Assembly (NCBI GenBank): GCA_030390025.1
Contig: CM059432.1
Location: 50,656,001 to 50,720,000 of the forward strand
Direction: 5' to 3'
Length of the DNA stretch: 64,000 nucleotides
Source: Squalus acanthias
Taxonomy: Eukaryota
The notes beneath the pieces were generated by a model. That model was not told the DNA's origin and made no database searches. It saw only the letters and a program-made list of their open reading frames with translations. How positions within the stretch are numbered: position 1 is the first letter of the stretch; each line of letters begins with the position of its first letter. The position numbers were made by a program, and so were the translations under genes. Of the stretch, positions 22,872 through 34,504 are shown in pieces.

Positions 22872-24134
22872 ATGAGGCAGATGTTTTATCTTATTTGGAT
22901 CTTCTTAGTAACAATGGAACGATCAAAGAACTCAGCTATGACAATTCAACATTTAAATTCTGACAAGGAACTTAAGATTTTAGAAAAGGCAAAAGGTGGA
23001 TTTATTGTTTCATCTACTTATGTGAAGAGTGCTTTCAGAGGAGAAGAGCAGAATCCTGAGATTGGGACGATAGTTAATGTGACTCGTGGATCAGATCTGG
23101 CCGTGTACAAGGTTTATATAAAACCTGGAAAACTAGGAGAGAGCAGCCTGGAAATCAAGCTCTGGGATTCCCTGGATGGCAGCGACGTTCCAGTTGAGCA
23201 TAAAAATGATATCAAAGTCCAAGTGATTCCAAATATATCCACAGGAAATTTAGCTGAACCAGCACAACATTTCACTGCAACCCCTCTGATGTACTTGCTT
23301 ATTCCATTGGTTTTATTGAACAAATGTGCTTTTGGGTGTAAAGTTGATTTGGAAACCTTAGTTAATATCTGGAACCAGCCCCATCCTGTTGTTATTGGTG
23401 CTGTAGTCCAGTTTGTACTGATGCCACTCTATGGGTTTCTTTTAACAAGGCTGGTTCAGTTGACTGAAGCTTTGTCTCTGGGCTTTATCATGGCTTGCTC
23501 TTGTCCTGGTGGAGGTGGCGGCTATCTCTATGCTCTGTTATTGGATGGAAATGTAACGTTGGCTATTACTATGACATTCACATCTACAGTGTTGGCAGTT
23601 TTTCTGATGCCAGTGTCTTTATCAATATTCAGTGTCATTTTGGATATATCACGTGATCTACACATTCCATTCTTTACAATTGGGTCCACACTCCTTTCTA
23701 TTGCAGTACCTATGTCGCTTGGAATATACTTCAAACATAAAATTCCTAAGGTAGCCAAAATCTTTGAAAGAATAATAAAGCCGTTTAGTATAGTAATAAT
23801 CACAGGTGGTTTTTATCTTGGTTTCAAAATGGGATCCACGTTCCTACAGAGCGCCGACCCAAAATTGTTTCTCATTGGATTGCTAGTCCCAGCATTTGGT
23901 CTCTTTACTGGGTACTTCTCTGCCAGCATATACAAACTCCCTCTTCCAGTTTGTAAGACCGTGGCGATAGAAAGTGGAGTACAGAACACATTAATAGCAT
24001 TGGCAATGTTGCAGTTTTCTTTCTCTCAACCAAAGGCTGATTTAAGCTCCGCCGCTCCTTTTGTTGTAGCTCTGAGTGCAGCCTGTGAGATGATATTACT
24101 GTTAATATTTTACAACTGCAGAAAAAGATGTTAA
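22872..24134 (+). CDS. SLC10A5: Sodium/bile acid cotransporter family member 5, single coding exon, 420 aa
   Basis: LLNKCAFGCKV, CSCPGGGGGYLYALLLDG, LPLPVCKTVAIESG motifs of SLC10A5; N-terminal hydrophobic leader; lies between ZFAND1 and IMPA1 as expected. Confidence 0.96.
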   Translation: MRQMFYLIWIFLVTMERSKNSAMTIQHLNSDKELKILEKAKGGFIVSSTYVKSAFRGEEQNPEIGTIVNVTRGSDLAVYKVYIKPGKLGESSLEIKLWDSLDGSDVPVEHKNDIKVQVIPNISTGNLAEPAQHFTATPLMYLLIPLVLLNKCAFGCKVDLETLVNIWNQPHPVVIGAVVQFVLMPLYGFLLTRLVQLTEALSLGFIMACSCPGGGGGYLYALLLDGNVTLAITMTFTSTVLAVFLMPVSLSIFSVILDISRDLHIPFFTIGSTLLSIAVPMSLGIYFKHKIPKVAKIFERIIKPFSIVIITGGFYLGFKMGSTFLQSADPKLFLIGLLVPAFGLFTGYFSASIYKLPLPVCKTVAIESGVQNTLIALAMLQFSFSQPKADLSSAAPFVVALSAACEMILLLIFYNCRKRC

Positions 24135-24151
24135 GACCAATAAAGCACTGA

Positions 24152-24870
24152 GGACAAGAGTTTCCGCTAGGTTGTGCTGTTTTTTTCAGCGCAATATGTC
24201 CAAAATTAGCCATACCAGCACAAAAGATCGAGGAATTTCAAGCGCAAATTATGTCCAGCGCAAATCAAGTTTCCGCAATCTTTGCGTTGGTTTAAAAAAC
24301 ATTGCGCTGGAAGCCGGCCCCACCCACAACCACCAGATCGAATTAATCACCACTGTAAGTTTCCACTAATTGCACCCGTTTGCGGGCTTTCGAGGAGGTT
24401 CTTTAGCTTAAGCTTTTTTTAGACACAAGGACACTAATAGGAACCTTTTAAAAGCTTTTACATACATTTTTTTAATTTACTGAGAAGCTACCTACTGTAC
24501 ACTAATATAACTAGTAAATGGTTCTGTATTTTTTTTAGTCATTTTCAGTTATTTAAAATCAGGTTACTCACAGGTGGTGAACTAGACACTCTGATTAAAA
24601 AAGCTTATCTGTTATGATAAACCCATTTTCAGCTGTATCAATAAAACTGCACTAGGTTCAATCTTAAACATATCAAGGAATATTCTTTAATGCAATTTAA
24701 AAAAAAAATACATTCTAAAACGCTGCCTGATTGCGCTGTTTCATGGCATATTTTACGTTCGGTGATATGCAAATAAGTTTGAGCAAAAAAACACTTCTTC
24801 AAACGAGTACAATTTTGAGCACAATTTGCGCCCGGATCGTTGAATGCAGACAAAGTGGAAACTCTTGGCT
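24152..24870 (+). mobile_element. Non-autonomous DNA transposon (probably PIF/Harbinger type) just 3' of SLC10A5
   Basis: Terminal inverted repeats CAAGAGTTTCC(G/A)CT. Internal sequence matches 47939-49210 in opposite orientation. Confidence 0.75.
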
Positions 24871-25439
24871 TGCATTTATAAGTTTTTCTTTCAAATGCCC
24901 TGTTCGTTATCGGTAGAATTTCAAACAGTCAAGTGTCACTAATTATGAAGTGTTAGTCTCAAATTCCCAAAGTATTTTTAGGGTTAAGTAATCAAACAAC
25001 TCATGAGATTCAGAGGAATGTATTCAGCTACATATCTGTATAATAGGCAATAGTAGGATATTAAAAGGTTTAGTATCATGTCACTATACAAGGCTTAACA
25101 ATTGATTTAATTGTTTAATTCTTGCTTGGAGTTGACTGTCAACTTCAGTATAATAGAATATGTTAAGAGGCAAGCTACTGCTTCATGCTAATGTTGATGG
25201 AATCTTGCAATCCTTAGGATGGAATTTACACTGGAACAGTAATATTAAGATAAAGCACAACTGCTTTGAGTTATGAGTTGAATTTATCCCCCAACAACTC
25301 TTTGCATGAAAAATTCTTCTAACTTGCCATGTGTGCCTCTATTACTAATCCAAACCTTATGATCCTTTGTTACCAATCCACTGATCCATGCACCACGAGA
25401 TCTCCCTGCTCCTCTACTACAGTGTGAACTTTTACCATT

Positions 25440-26080
25440 TACAACAAAAACTTGCATTTATGTAGCACCTTTAACGTAATAAAATGTCCCAAGGTGCTTC
25501 ACAGGAGCCATTATCAAACAAAATTTGACACCGAGCCACATAAAGAGATATGGGGACAGGTGACCAAAAACTTTGTCAAAGAGCTCGGTTTTAAGGAACG
25601 TCTTAAAGGAGGAGAGAGAGGCATAGAGGTTTAGGAGTGAATTCCAGGGCTTAGGGCCTAGGTAGCTGAAGGCACGGCTGCCAATGGTGGAATGAAGAAA
25701 ATCGAGGATGTTCAGCGGGCCAGAATTGGAGGAGCATAGAGATCTTGGAGCGTTGTAGGACTGGCGGAGGTTACAGAGATAGGGGTCATGAGGGATTTGA
25801 AAACAAGGATGAGAATATTAAAATCGAGATATTGCCGGACCTGGAGCCAATGTAGGTCAGCAAGCACGGGGTGATGGGTGAACGGGACTTGGTGCAAATT
25901 AGGATACGGACAGCAGAGTTTTGGATGAGCTCAAGTTTGTGGCGGGTGTAAGGTGGGAGGCCGGCCAGGAGAGCATTGGAATAGTCGAGGCTAGAGGTAA
26001 CAAAGGCATGGATGAGTGTTTCCGCAGCAGATGAGCTGAGATGGGTGATGTTATGGAGGTAGAAGTCTTGGTGATGGAGG
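25440..26080 (-). mobile_element. L2-type LINE 3' fragment
   Basis: [24 protein letters not shown]...LIQNSAVRIL. Confidence 0.85.
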
Positions 26081-27694
26081 GGATTTAGGGTATATTTCCA
26101 TTCTAGATTCTTTTTCTCAAAATGTAGCACTTCACATTTATCTGCATTTAATTGTATTTGCCACGTATCTACCCACACCCTAATGGTTAAAGTATCAAAA
26201 TTAAGCAACTAGGTTTTTGGATGTGATTGTTTTTTGAATGCTTTATACAGTATATATCTAAACATGTCAGAAGTGGCTGCAACATACATGTTTTATAACT
26301 TCGACGTGTGTGACATTTGTAACATTAGATTTGTTGTGCATAGCACTCACCTGCTTATCTTCTATTTATTTAAACATTTTGAGAGCCACCATCCCATTCC
26401 TGACATCACACTCTGTTCAGTTGTGATTTGTTGATGCTCAGCCATAAAAAGTGTGTAATAAAACAAAGAAACTTAGTTACTTCCATCTATTTATTCTGAC
26501 CTTGAGATAACATAGAGAAGATGTTGAAATAACAAGAAGAGCCAAGCAGGAATGTCTGATGCTAGGAGCAGCTGCAGGTAGATCCTGGGATTGGGGTGGG
26601 GGGGTGTTGGGGGAAGGGGAGGCTGAGCGGGATGGGAGCCCCAGACCTGCAGTGAGCTGCATTTTTATGCGGCCCAGAGGAGCACTCCTGTTCCTCCTGG
26701 CTCCATAAAAATAATGTGAAATTTACCGTTACAGGGCCTCTTTGACTGTAACACCGGTGAAACTGGAGCATACTCTGACCGGTTCTCTCCTAAAATGGCA
26801 ATCTGGGTCCCATATTCCTATACGACCTCAATTTGCATATTAAAAGGGGCCTACCTCCTGAAACAGGCAAATGCTTTGGCTGCCCAGTGGTAGGCCTTTA
26901 TGAATGTTGCAGTGGGCCAATTGTCAGGGTTAATGGGCGGTATTTACCGACCCTATTTTGAGACTATTACCGCCCCATTAATGCCGATTTTGGCAGGTTA
27001 AAATCAACCCCACCTACTGAAAGTTTTATTTATTGATTTTACTGTATTTTGAGTTTAATTTACATTTTTTAGCTGTTCCATTCCAGAAGATGTTTAAACT
27101 TGTCTATTTGGTGTCTTAACTATGGGCTAGCTTGAGTCAGTAACAGGTTAATTAATTATTTCAATAGGTGGTGTGTTTATCTATTCTCTCATCGGCTGTT
27201 TAAGACAGTATGCATTTGAGCTGAGTAAGAAGAGATCATTCTCAAGCTGTAAGAGGTCAGTGGTGTATGAAAGTCCAGGCGAGTGTGGAGTTTAGTTTTA
27301 GTGGGAATGACTGGGAAAAGAGTACTGTAACTTTTATTTATTTATTTTACTGTATTTTGTTTAAATATTTTGCTAAATTTAGTTGATTTAGACTTAGACA
27401 TGGGGAGCAAAATGTTGAAGTTTGCTGATGACACGGAAGTCGAGTGTTTGACAAATGAGCTGGACTGGACATAGGTTAGTGGAATGGGCAGGCAAGTGGC
27501 AGATACAATTTAATGTTGATGGGAGTGAAGTAATACATTTTGGGAGGAAAAACAAGGAATGGGGGTACACACTCATTGGAAAGCAGCTGAACAGTGTGGG
27601 TGAACAAAGAGACTAAGGAGTTCAAATACATAATTCCCTAAAAGTGCAAAGCTGTTTAAAAAAAAGCTAACAGCATTTTGGGTTTTATAAATAG

Positions 27695-28152
27695 AAAAAA
27701 GAAAGTCTTGCATTTATATAGCACCTTTCACGACCTCAGGACATCCCAAAGCGCTTCACAGCCAATGAAGTACTTTTGAAGTGGAGTCACTGTTGTAATG
27801 TAGGAAATGCGGCAGCCAAATTGTGCACAGCAAACTCCCACAAACAGCAATGTGATAATGACCAGATGATCTGTTTTTGTGATGTTGATTGAGGGATAAA
27901 TATTGGCCAGGACACCAGGGAGAATTCCCCAGCTCTTCTTTGAAATAGTGCCATAGAATCTTTTATGTCCACCTGATAGGGCAGACAGGGCCTCGGTTTA
28001 GCGTCTCATCCAAAAGATGGCACCTCTGACAGTGCAGCACTCCCTCACTACTGTACTGGAGTGTCAGCCTAGATTTTTATGCTCAAGTCTCTGGAGTGGG
28101 ACCCACAACCTTCTGACTCAAAGGTGAGAGTGCTACTAACTCAGCCATGGCA
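27695..28152 (-). mobile_element. Near full-length DeuSINE-like SINE inside an old CR1 fragment
   Basis: tRNA-like head at the right end, conserved core, CTTT-rich tail at the left end. Confidence 0.85.
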
Positions 28153-28578
28153 TAGAGTATGAGAGTAAAGAAGTAATGATAAATTTGTACAAAACACTGG
28201 TTAGATTGAAGGGATAATTACTAGTCCTAGCCCTTTCGGACTACCCCAGATCAGGCGTATTCCCCAGACATTTACCTTCAACTAAAGTTAGCGGTAGCCG
28301 GATCCTATAAGACGCTTAATTGGGTCTAAAGGTCAGACTACCTCTTCCTAAAGGAAAGAAATGGTCTAAAGATGTTACCGTCCTCCGGATAGTACTTTTA
28401 ATAAGTTTAACTAGACTGTAACCTTCCGGATATTATGAGGGTCCGGAATACCCCCCAGAATTCTGCAACTCCTTTGTGAAGAGTGTACAGAAATTTGAGT
28501 TTGCAAGATGATACAGAAATACTCTGTGAGACAATTTTAAAAATATATAGATTTATTAAAGAACCGACATTTAGTTAA

Positions 28579-28944
28579 TAACAACAGAAAACGCTGGAAA
28601 AACTCAGCAGGCGAGGCAGCATCCGTGGAGAGAGAAACAGAGTTAACGTTTCAGGTCGAAGACCTTTCGTCAGAACTGGAAATAGCAGGAAATGGAATAG
28701 ATTTAAGGCAAGGATAAAGCTGGGGAAAGGGGGAGGGGATGAAAGAACAAAAGGAGAGATAAAGAGACATTAAGAGATATTCACGGCAAGAGGTGGTGTT
28801 AATGTGACAGGTTAAGGCTAAAAGAAGTGTGAAATGCACTGGCAGAATGAAGGACAGCTGCCAGCTTCTAGGAGGGAAAAAAAAAGGGGGGGGGGGGGCA
28901 AACAAAAGGGTGGATGAAAAAATAAAATATAAATATAAATATAA
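28579..28944 (-). mobile_element. Penelope-family 3' end / pseudo-LTR fragment with hammerhead motif (28641-28677)
   Basis: TSD ATTTAGTTAA (28569-28578, 28945-28954). Minus strand reads AGUU-CUGACGA-A-AGGUC(UUC)GACCU-GAAACGUU-AACU. Confidence 0.85.
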
Positions 28945-29120
28945 ATTTAGTTAACATCTGTTATGGTAATCGCAACTTTAACCATTCAAAATACAAATAG
29001 CTTACATTTCTTATCAGAGATCCTTATCCTCAAATCTTAACTTTGTTACATTTCCACACTTCTACTTATTTCTTAATCCAGAATATCCACCAAAATCAAA
29101 TACCTTGATTACCCGAGACT

Positions 29121-31686
29121 CATAGAAACATAGAAACATAGAACAATACAGCACAGTACAGGCCCTTCGGCCCTCGATGTTGTGCCGAGCATTGTCCGAG
29201 ACCAAGATCAAGCTATCACACTCCCTATCACTCTGGTGTGCTCCATGTGCTTATCCAATAACCGCTTGAAAGTTCCTAAAGTGTCCGACTCCACTATCAC
29301 AGCAGGCAGTCCATTCCACACCCCAACCACTCTCTGAGTAAAGAATCTACCTCGGACATCCCTTCTATATCTCCCCCCATGCACCTTATAGTTATGCCCC
29401 CTTGTAACAGCTGCCTCTACCCGAGGAAATAGTCTCTGAACATCCACTCTATCTATCCCCCTCATCATCTTATAAACCTCTATTAAGTCGCCTCTCATCC
29501 TCCTCCGCTCTAAAGAGAAAAGCCCCAACTCCCTCAATCTTTCCTCATAAGACCTCCCCCCCAAACCAGGCAGCATCCTGGTAAATCTCCTTTGCACTCT
29601 TTCCAATGCTTCCACGTCCTTCCTATAGTGAGGTGACCAGAACTGCACACAATATTCCAAATGTGGTCTCACCAAGGTCCTGTACAGTTGCAGCATAACC
29701 TCACGGTTCTTAAACTCAAACCCTCTGTTAATAAACGCCAACACACCATAGGCCTTCTTTACTGCTCTATCCACTTGAGTGGCAACCTTCAGAGATCTGT
29801 GTATATGAACCCCCAGATCCCTCTGCTCCTCCACGTTCCTCAGAACCCTGCCGTTGACCCTGTAATCCTTATTCAAATTTGCCCTACCAAAATGAATCAC
29901 CTCGCACTTATCAGGGTTAAATTCCATCTGCCATTTTTCAGCCCAGCTCTGCATCCTATCAATGTCTCTTTGCAGCCTACAACTGCCCTCCACCTCATCC
30001 ACTACTCCACCAATCTTGGTGTCATCAGCAAATTTACTGATCCACCCTTCAGTCCCCTCCTCCAAGTCATTGATAAAAATCACAAACAGCAGAGGACCCA
30101 GCACCGACCCCTGTGGCACACCGCTGGTAACTGGTCTCCAGTCCGAAAATGTTCCATCCACCACCACCCTCTGCCTTCTATGAGATAGCCAGTTACTTAT
30201 CCAATCGGCCAAATTTCCCTCTATCCCACAACTCCTTACTTTCTTCATGAGACGACCATGGGGAACCTTATCAAACGCCTTACTAAAATCCATGTATACG
30301 ACATCAACCGCTCTACCTTCATCTACACACTTAGTTACCTCCTCAAAGAATTCAATCAAATTTGTTAGGCAAGACTTACCCTTCACGAATCTGTGTTGAC
30401 TTTCCCTGATTAAGTTGCCCCTTTCCAAATGGTCATAAATCCTATCCCTCAGGACCTTTTCCATTATCTTACCAACCACCGAAGTAAGACTAACCGGCCT
30501 ATAATTACCAGGGTCATTCCTATTTCCTTTCTTGAAGAGAGGAACAACATTCGCCACTCTCCAGTCCTCTGGCACCATCCCCGTGGACAGTGAGGACCCA
30601 AAGATCAAAGCCAGAGGCTCTGCAATCTCCTCCCTTGCCTCCCAAAGAATCCTCGGATATATCCCATCTGGCCCAGGGGACTTATCGACCCTCAGGTTCT
30701 TCAAAATTGCTAAAACATCTTCCCTCAGAACATCTACCACCTCCAGCCTATCCACCTTTATCACACTCTCATCCTCAAGAACATGGCCCCTCTCCTCGGT
30801 GAACACTGACGAAAAGTATTCATTCATCACCTCTCCTATCTCTTCTGACTCCATGCACAAGTTCCCACTACTGTCCTTGACCGGCCCTACCCTCACCCTG
30901 GTCATTCTTTTATTTCTCACATAAGAGTAAAAAGCCTTGGGGTTTTTCTTGATCCGACCCGCCAAGGACTTCTCATGCCCCCTCCTAGCTCTCCTAAGCT
31001 CTTTTTTTAGCTCATTCCTTGCTACCTTGTACCCCTCAATCGACCCAACTGAACCTTGTTTTCTCATCCTTACATACGCTTCCTTTTTCCTCTTGACTAG
31101 ACATTCAACCTCTTTTGTGAACCATGGTTCTCTCACTCGGCCATTTCCTCCCTGCCTGACAGGGACATACCTATCAAGGACACGCAGTAATTGCTCCATG
31201 AAAAAGCTCCACTTTTCGTTTGTGCCTTTCCCTGATAGTTTCTGTTCCCATCTTATACTCCCTAATTCTTGCCTAATCGCATCATAATTACCCCTCCCCC
31301 AATTATAAACCCTGCCCTGCCGTATGGCCCTATCCCTCTCCATTGCAATAGTGAAAGTTACCGAATTGTGGTCACTATCTCCAAAGTGCTCTCCCACATA
31401 CAAATCAAACACTTGGCCCGGTTCATTACCCAGTACCAAATCCAACGTGGCCCCACCTCTTGTCGGCCTATCCACATATTGTGTCAGGAAACCCTCCTGC
31501 ACACACTGTGCAAAAACTATCCCATCCGAACTGTTTGACCTATAAAGGTTCCAATCAATATTTGGAAAGTTGAAGTCACCCATGACAACTACTCTGTGAC
31601 CTCCACACCTATTCATAATCTGCTTTGCAATTTCTTCCTCCACATCTTTATTACTATTTGGGGACCTGTAGAAAACTCCTAACAAC
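29121..31686 (-). mobile_element. Young CR1 LINE, 5'-truncated within the endonuclease domain
   Basis: Uninterrupted ORF2 remainder and (TTTCTATG)n 3' tail at 29121-29143. Confidence 0.96.
29208..31685 (-). CDS. CR1 ORF2 (partial AP endonuclease + reverse transcriptase), 825 codons open, transposon-derived
   Basis: MGDFNFPNIDW, DSDHN, YRPVSLTS, DFSKAFDKVPH, GVPQGSVLGP, KFADD motifs. Confidence 0.93.
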   Translation of the reverse strand: MLGVFYRSPNSNKDVEEEIAKQIMNRCGGHRVVVMGDFNFPNIDWNLYRSNSSDGIVFAQCVQEGFLTQYVDRPTRGGATLDLVLGNEPGQVFDLYVGEHFGDSDHNSVTFTIAMERDRAIRQGRVYNWGRGNYDAIRQELGSIRWEQKLSGKGTNEKWSFFMEQLLRVLDRYVPVRQGGNGRVREPWFTKEVECLVKRKKEAYVRMRKQGSVGSIEGYKVARNELKKELRRARRGHEKSLAGRIKKNPKAFYSYVRNKRMTRVRVGPVKDSSGNLCMESEEIGEVMNEYFSSVFTEERGHVLEDESVIKVDRLEVVDVLREDVLAILKNLRVDKSPGPDGIYPRILWEAREEIAEPLALIFGSSLSTGMVPEDWRVANVVPLFKKGNRNDPGNYRPVSLTSVVGKIMEKVLRDRIYDHLERGNLIRESQHRFVKGKSCLTNLIEFFEEVTKCVDEGRAVDVVYMDFSKAFDKVPHGRLMKKVRSCGIEGNLADWISNWLSHRRQRVVVDGTFSDWRPVTSGVPQGSVLGPLLFVIFINDLEEGTEGWISKFADDTKIGGVVDEVEGSCRLQRDIDRMQSWAEKWQMEFNPDKCEVIHFGRANLNKDYRVNGRVLRNVEEQRDLGVHIHRSLKVATQVDRAVKKAYGVLAFINRGFEFKNREVMLQLYRTLVRPHLEYCVQFWSPHYRKDVEALERVQRRFTRMLPGLGGRSYEERLRELGLFSLERRRMRGDLIEVYKMMRGIDRVDVQRLFPRVEAAVTRGHNYKVHGGRYRRDVRGRFFTQRVVGVWNGLPAVIVESDTLGTFKRLLDKHMEHTRVIGSVIA

Positions 31687-32984
31687 TCCTAAAACTCAAA
31701 ATTGAAAACTTACAGAGAGTGTCTGTGAAGTTGAGAAATGCTTGTCTTCCCAGCGACTTCTGCTTTTCTGTTTGAAAAGGTCTATTTTTATATCTTTTTT
31801 GGGTGGTTTATCCTTTGAAGTTTTCCTGATGATGTAAGCTAATTATTTCAAGTCATTCTTTGCTGACTTTGTTCTATTCTTTACTGTGATATCAGCTGTT
31901 AGCTTTTAGACTTGTGTCTCTACCTTTAGGTGTTTCAAAAACCTATCATAAAATGGTTATTATCGATTTATCTATTTGATGCTATTCTTAGGAAGTCTTT
32001 CTATTGAATTTCTAATGCTACTTTAACTGGTTATTATCAGACATTGTGACTCCATGGTATTCCAAGTTCAATACAAGAACAATGTAATTGCTTGATCCAT
32101 CCATTGAAGTAATATTTTTAAAGTCGTCTTATTTGTGTACCTTTTACAACTTGTAAATTAAAACCACTTTAACTAGTATCTTCATGCATTTCTATTTACT
32201 TCAATTGGTTTTTATTTAATCATGTTTCCTGTCTTATTTGATGTTAAATTATGAAGGCTTATGGTTGTTTAATATTCTAAGTTTCTGTTTGCATCAGTGT
32301 TAGCTTTTAACACTTTAAACTGGGCGATTCCATTGTGTTGGTTCCAATGTTCAGACATAGAGGAACCTTCAATGGTTTGCTTCAATAGGGCATTGTTTTA
32401 ATATTTTTAACTAATTCCCATTTCAAAGCTTGTGGTGTTTTACAACTTTGTTTAACAACTGATCTTATCTTAGAAGCCTGTATTCCTGCCTGCAGCCTGT
32501 GTCTGCTAAGGCTTATGTCTTTTAAACCCAGTATGTCATTTATTAATAATTTCAGAAATCTATTCTTAGTATCGTGTATTTTTCTGAATCCTGGCTATTC
32601 CTTCACAAGATCACAGACTAATGTGTGCAATTTTGAGCATCTCATTAGAGAAAGAATTTTAAATTGTCACTGAGTTAGGGGAAAGTGTTGGAGCATGGAA
32701 TGCTTTGCCACAGGGATAGGTGAAAGCATTGCATCTTTTAAGGGAAAATTTGCTAAATATTTGAAGCAGAGGAAAATACAAGACTGTGGGAAGAGAACAG
32801 GGCAGTGGGATTAAATTTGGGATCGTGCCAGCAAAGAGCCGCACAGAGAGGCCTCCTGTTTTGTAAGCCTCAATGATTCTAAAAGTCATAAAGATCTGCC
32901 TGCAGCTTAATTCTCACAATGTGTGCTCAGGCTGTCTTCGAGCCTGTCTTGGCTTTTGCTTCTGTTTGAGGATTCAGTTTTCCT

Positions 32985-33250
32985 TTCCGCGCCCACTGCA
33001 GGTTTTGAGACGGCCCCTTGAGTCTGCGCATGGGCAGTGGGTGGCTCCGGAAGAGGTTGGTGTGGGGGAGCCGCTCCTGGGAAGAGACGCGGCCGACGGC
33101 TTGTTTCAGGTGAGCAGGAGGCGAGGCTCTCGGTGTCCGCACAGGCCCGGTCCGATTCCCGGGGGTGAATGGTTCTCGAAATGGGTCTCAGGCCAAGAAG
33201 GCAGGGCCTTTAGTCACCGGTGTCTCCTGCCCTGTCGGGGGTGATGTGAT
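32985..33250 (+). promoter_or_regulatory. IMPA1: Probable IMPA1 CpG promoter and non-coding exon 1 (donor CAG|GTGAGC after 33109)
   Basis: Local CpG/GC enrichment, NRF1-like TGCGCATGGGCA at 33025-33036, ETS CCGGAAG at 33047-33053 and a strong donor. The first coding exon has an acceptor 17 nt before its ATG. Confidence 0.72.
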
Positions 33251-33579
33251 GGCTGCTCCATTCTCTGAACTGTACATGGCTCCTTACTGAAGGCCATTCG
33301 CAGCCTCCCCAGTGCTGCTCTGCTGTTTAGTTTAAAATGTGTGTTTGTCCGAGGATGGGGAGGAGGGAGCCAAAGGGTTGATTGAGAACCTTAGGCCCTT
33401 CCAGTCCATTCCTGCCAATGCACTGTGCATCCTGACCGTTTTGCCTCTGCTCCTGAGAGAGGTGAATGATGACCTTGGACTCTTTTTTAAGAGGAAACTT
33501 TGAAATGTAAAAACTAAAATCAGACGAGCAAAAATAATTTTGAGATGGTTACAGCCAGTTGGTAACCTTGTATCCAAAG

Positions 33580-34022
33580 AAAGAAATTGCATTTATATAA
33601 CAAGTTTCACAACCTGAGGATGTCCTCAAAAGCGTTTTACAGTCAATGAAATACTTTTGAAGTATACTCACTGTCGTAATGTAGGGAAACACAGCCTATT
33701 TGTGCATGGCAAGCTCCCACAAACAGCAATGATATAAATAACTAGATAATCTGTTTTTAGTGATATTGGTTGAGGAGTAAATGTTAGTCAGGACTCCGGG
33801 AGAGCTCCCTCTTCTTGGAATAATGTCATGGGATCTGCGTCCACCAGAAAGGCCAGACAGAGTCTTAATTTAACATCTCATCCGAAAGATGATGCCCCCA
33901 ATAGATGGCACTCCCTCAATACTGCACTGAAGTGGCAGCCTAGATTATGTGCTGAAGTCTCTGGAATAGGTCTTGAACGCACAACCTTCTGATTTAGAAG
34001 TCAGAGTCCAAGGCTGACACCT
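33580..34022 (-). mobile_element. DeuSINE-like SINE
   Basis: Colinear with 27695-28152. Confidence 0.8.
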
Positions 34023-34097
34023 AAGTGACAGACTTGGATTACATTTGGAAATATTTCCTAACCGTACTGTTTGTGTCCCAACTCTCAGAATGTTGCG

Positions 34098-34142
34098 CCC
34101 CCACCCCCACCCCCACCCCCACCCCCACCCCCACCCCCACCC
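34098..34142. repeat. (CCCCCA)n microsatellite
   Basis: About 7 perfect hexamer units. Confidence 0.95.
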
Positions 34143-34320
34143 AATCTTTGGTCTTCAATGTTCATCATTCTGGTTTTGTTTCACCAGCGTTCTGCAAAGA
34201 AATGCTAGAAAGCATGTCAAATCTCCTGATGCTACTGAATTATTCACTTATTACAGAAAGACATTTGTTATGTTTTTTTTCTGGAGACAAGCCTGTGATT
34301 CTTTTTTAGCTGAGCAATTC

Positions 34321-34357
34321 AGTTCTGACGAAGGGTCATCGACCTGAAATGTTAACT
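34321..34357 (+). ncRNA. Minimal hammerhead motif in a Penelope pseudo-LTR fragment (~34318-34420)
   Basis: AGUU-CUGACGA-A-GGGUC(AUC)GACCU-GAAAUGUU-AACU. Confidence 0.6.
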
Positions 34358-34504
34358 CTGTTTCTCTCTCTACAGTTGCTGTCTGACCTGCTGAGTATTT
34401 CCAGCATTTTCTGTTTTTTAATTCATTATGATTATTGATTTAGCTAGGCATGAAATGTAAAAATGCAGATTAATTATTTCCAAAGAAAGAAAAAGTGAGT
34501 TACT

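Larger units (their letters stand above)
28207..32607 (-). mobile_element. Solo LTR (~1.45 kb net) carrying nested Penelope and CR1 insertions
   Basis: TGAAGGGATA...TATTCCTTCACA termini with flanking AGAT duplication. Host CR1 (ACAAAACACTGGTTAGAT|CACAG...) resumes after it. Minus-strand TATAAAA near 31790 and AATAAA at 28552-28557. Confidence 0.72.

Noticed and set aside
22872..24134. SLC10A5 as a processed retrocopy
   Set aside because: No polyA tract or TSD, syntenic position, and orthologues are known to have a single coding exon.
29661..31545. Several plus-strand ORFs overlapping the CR1
   Set aside because: Antisense shadows of the CR1 ORF2.
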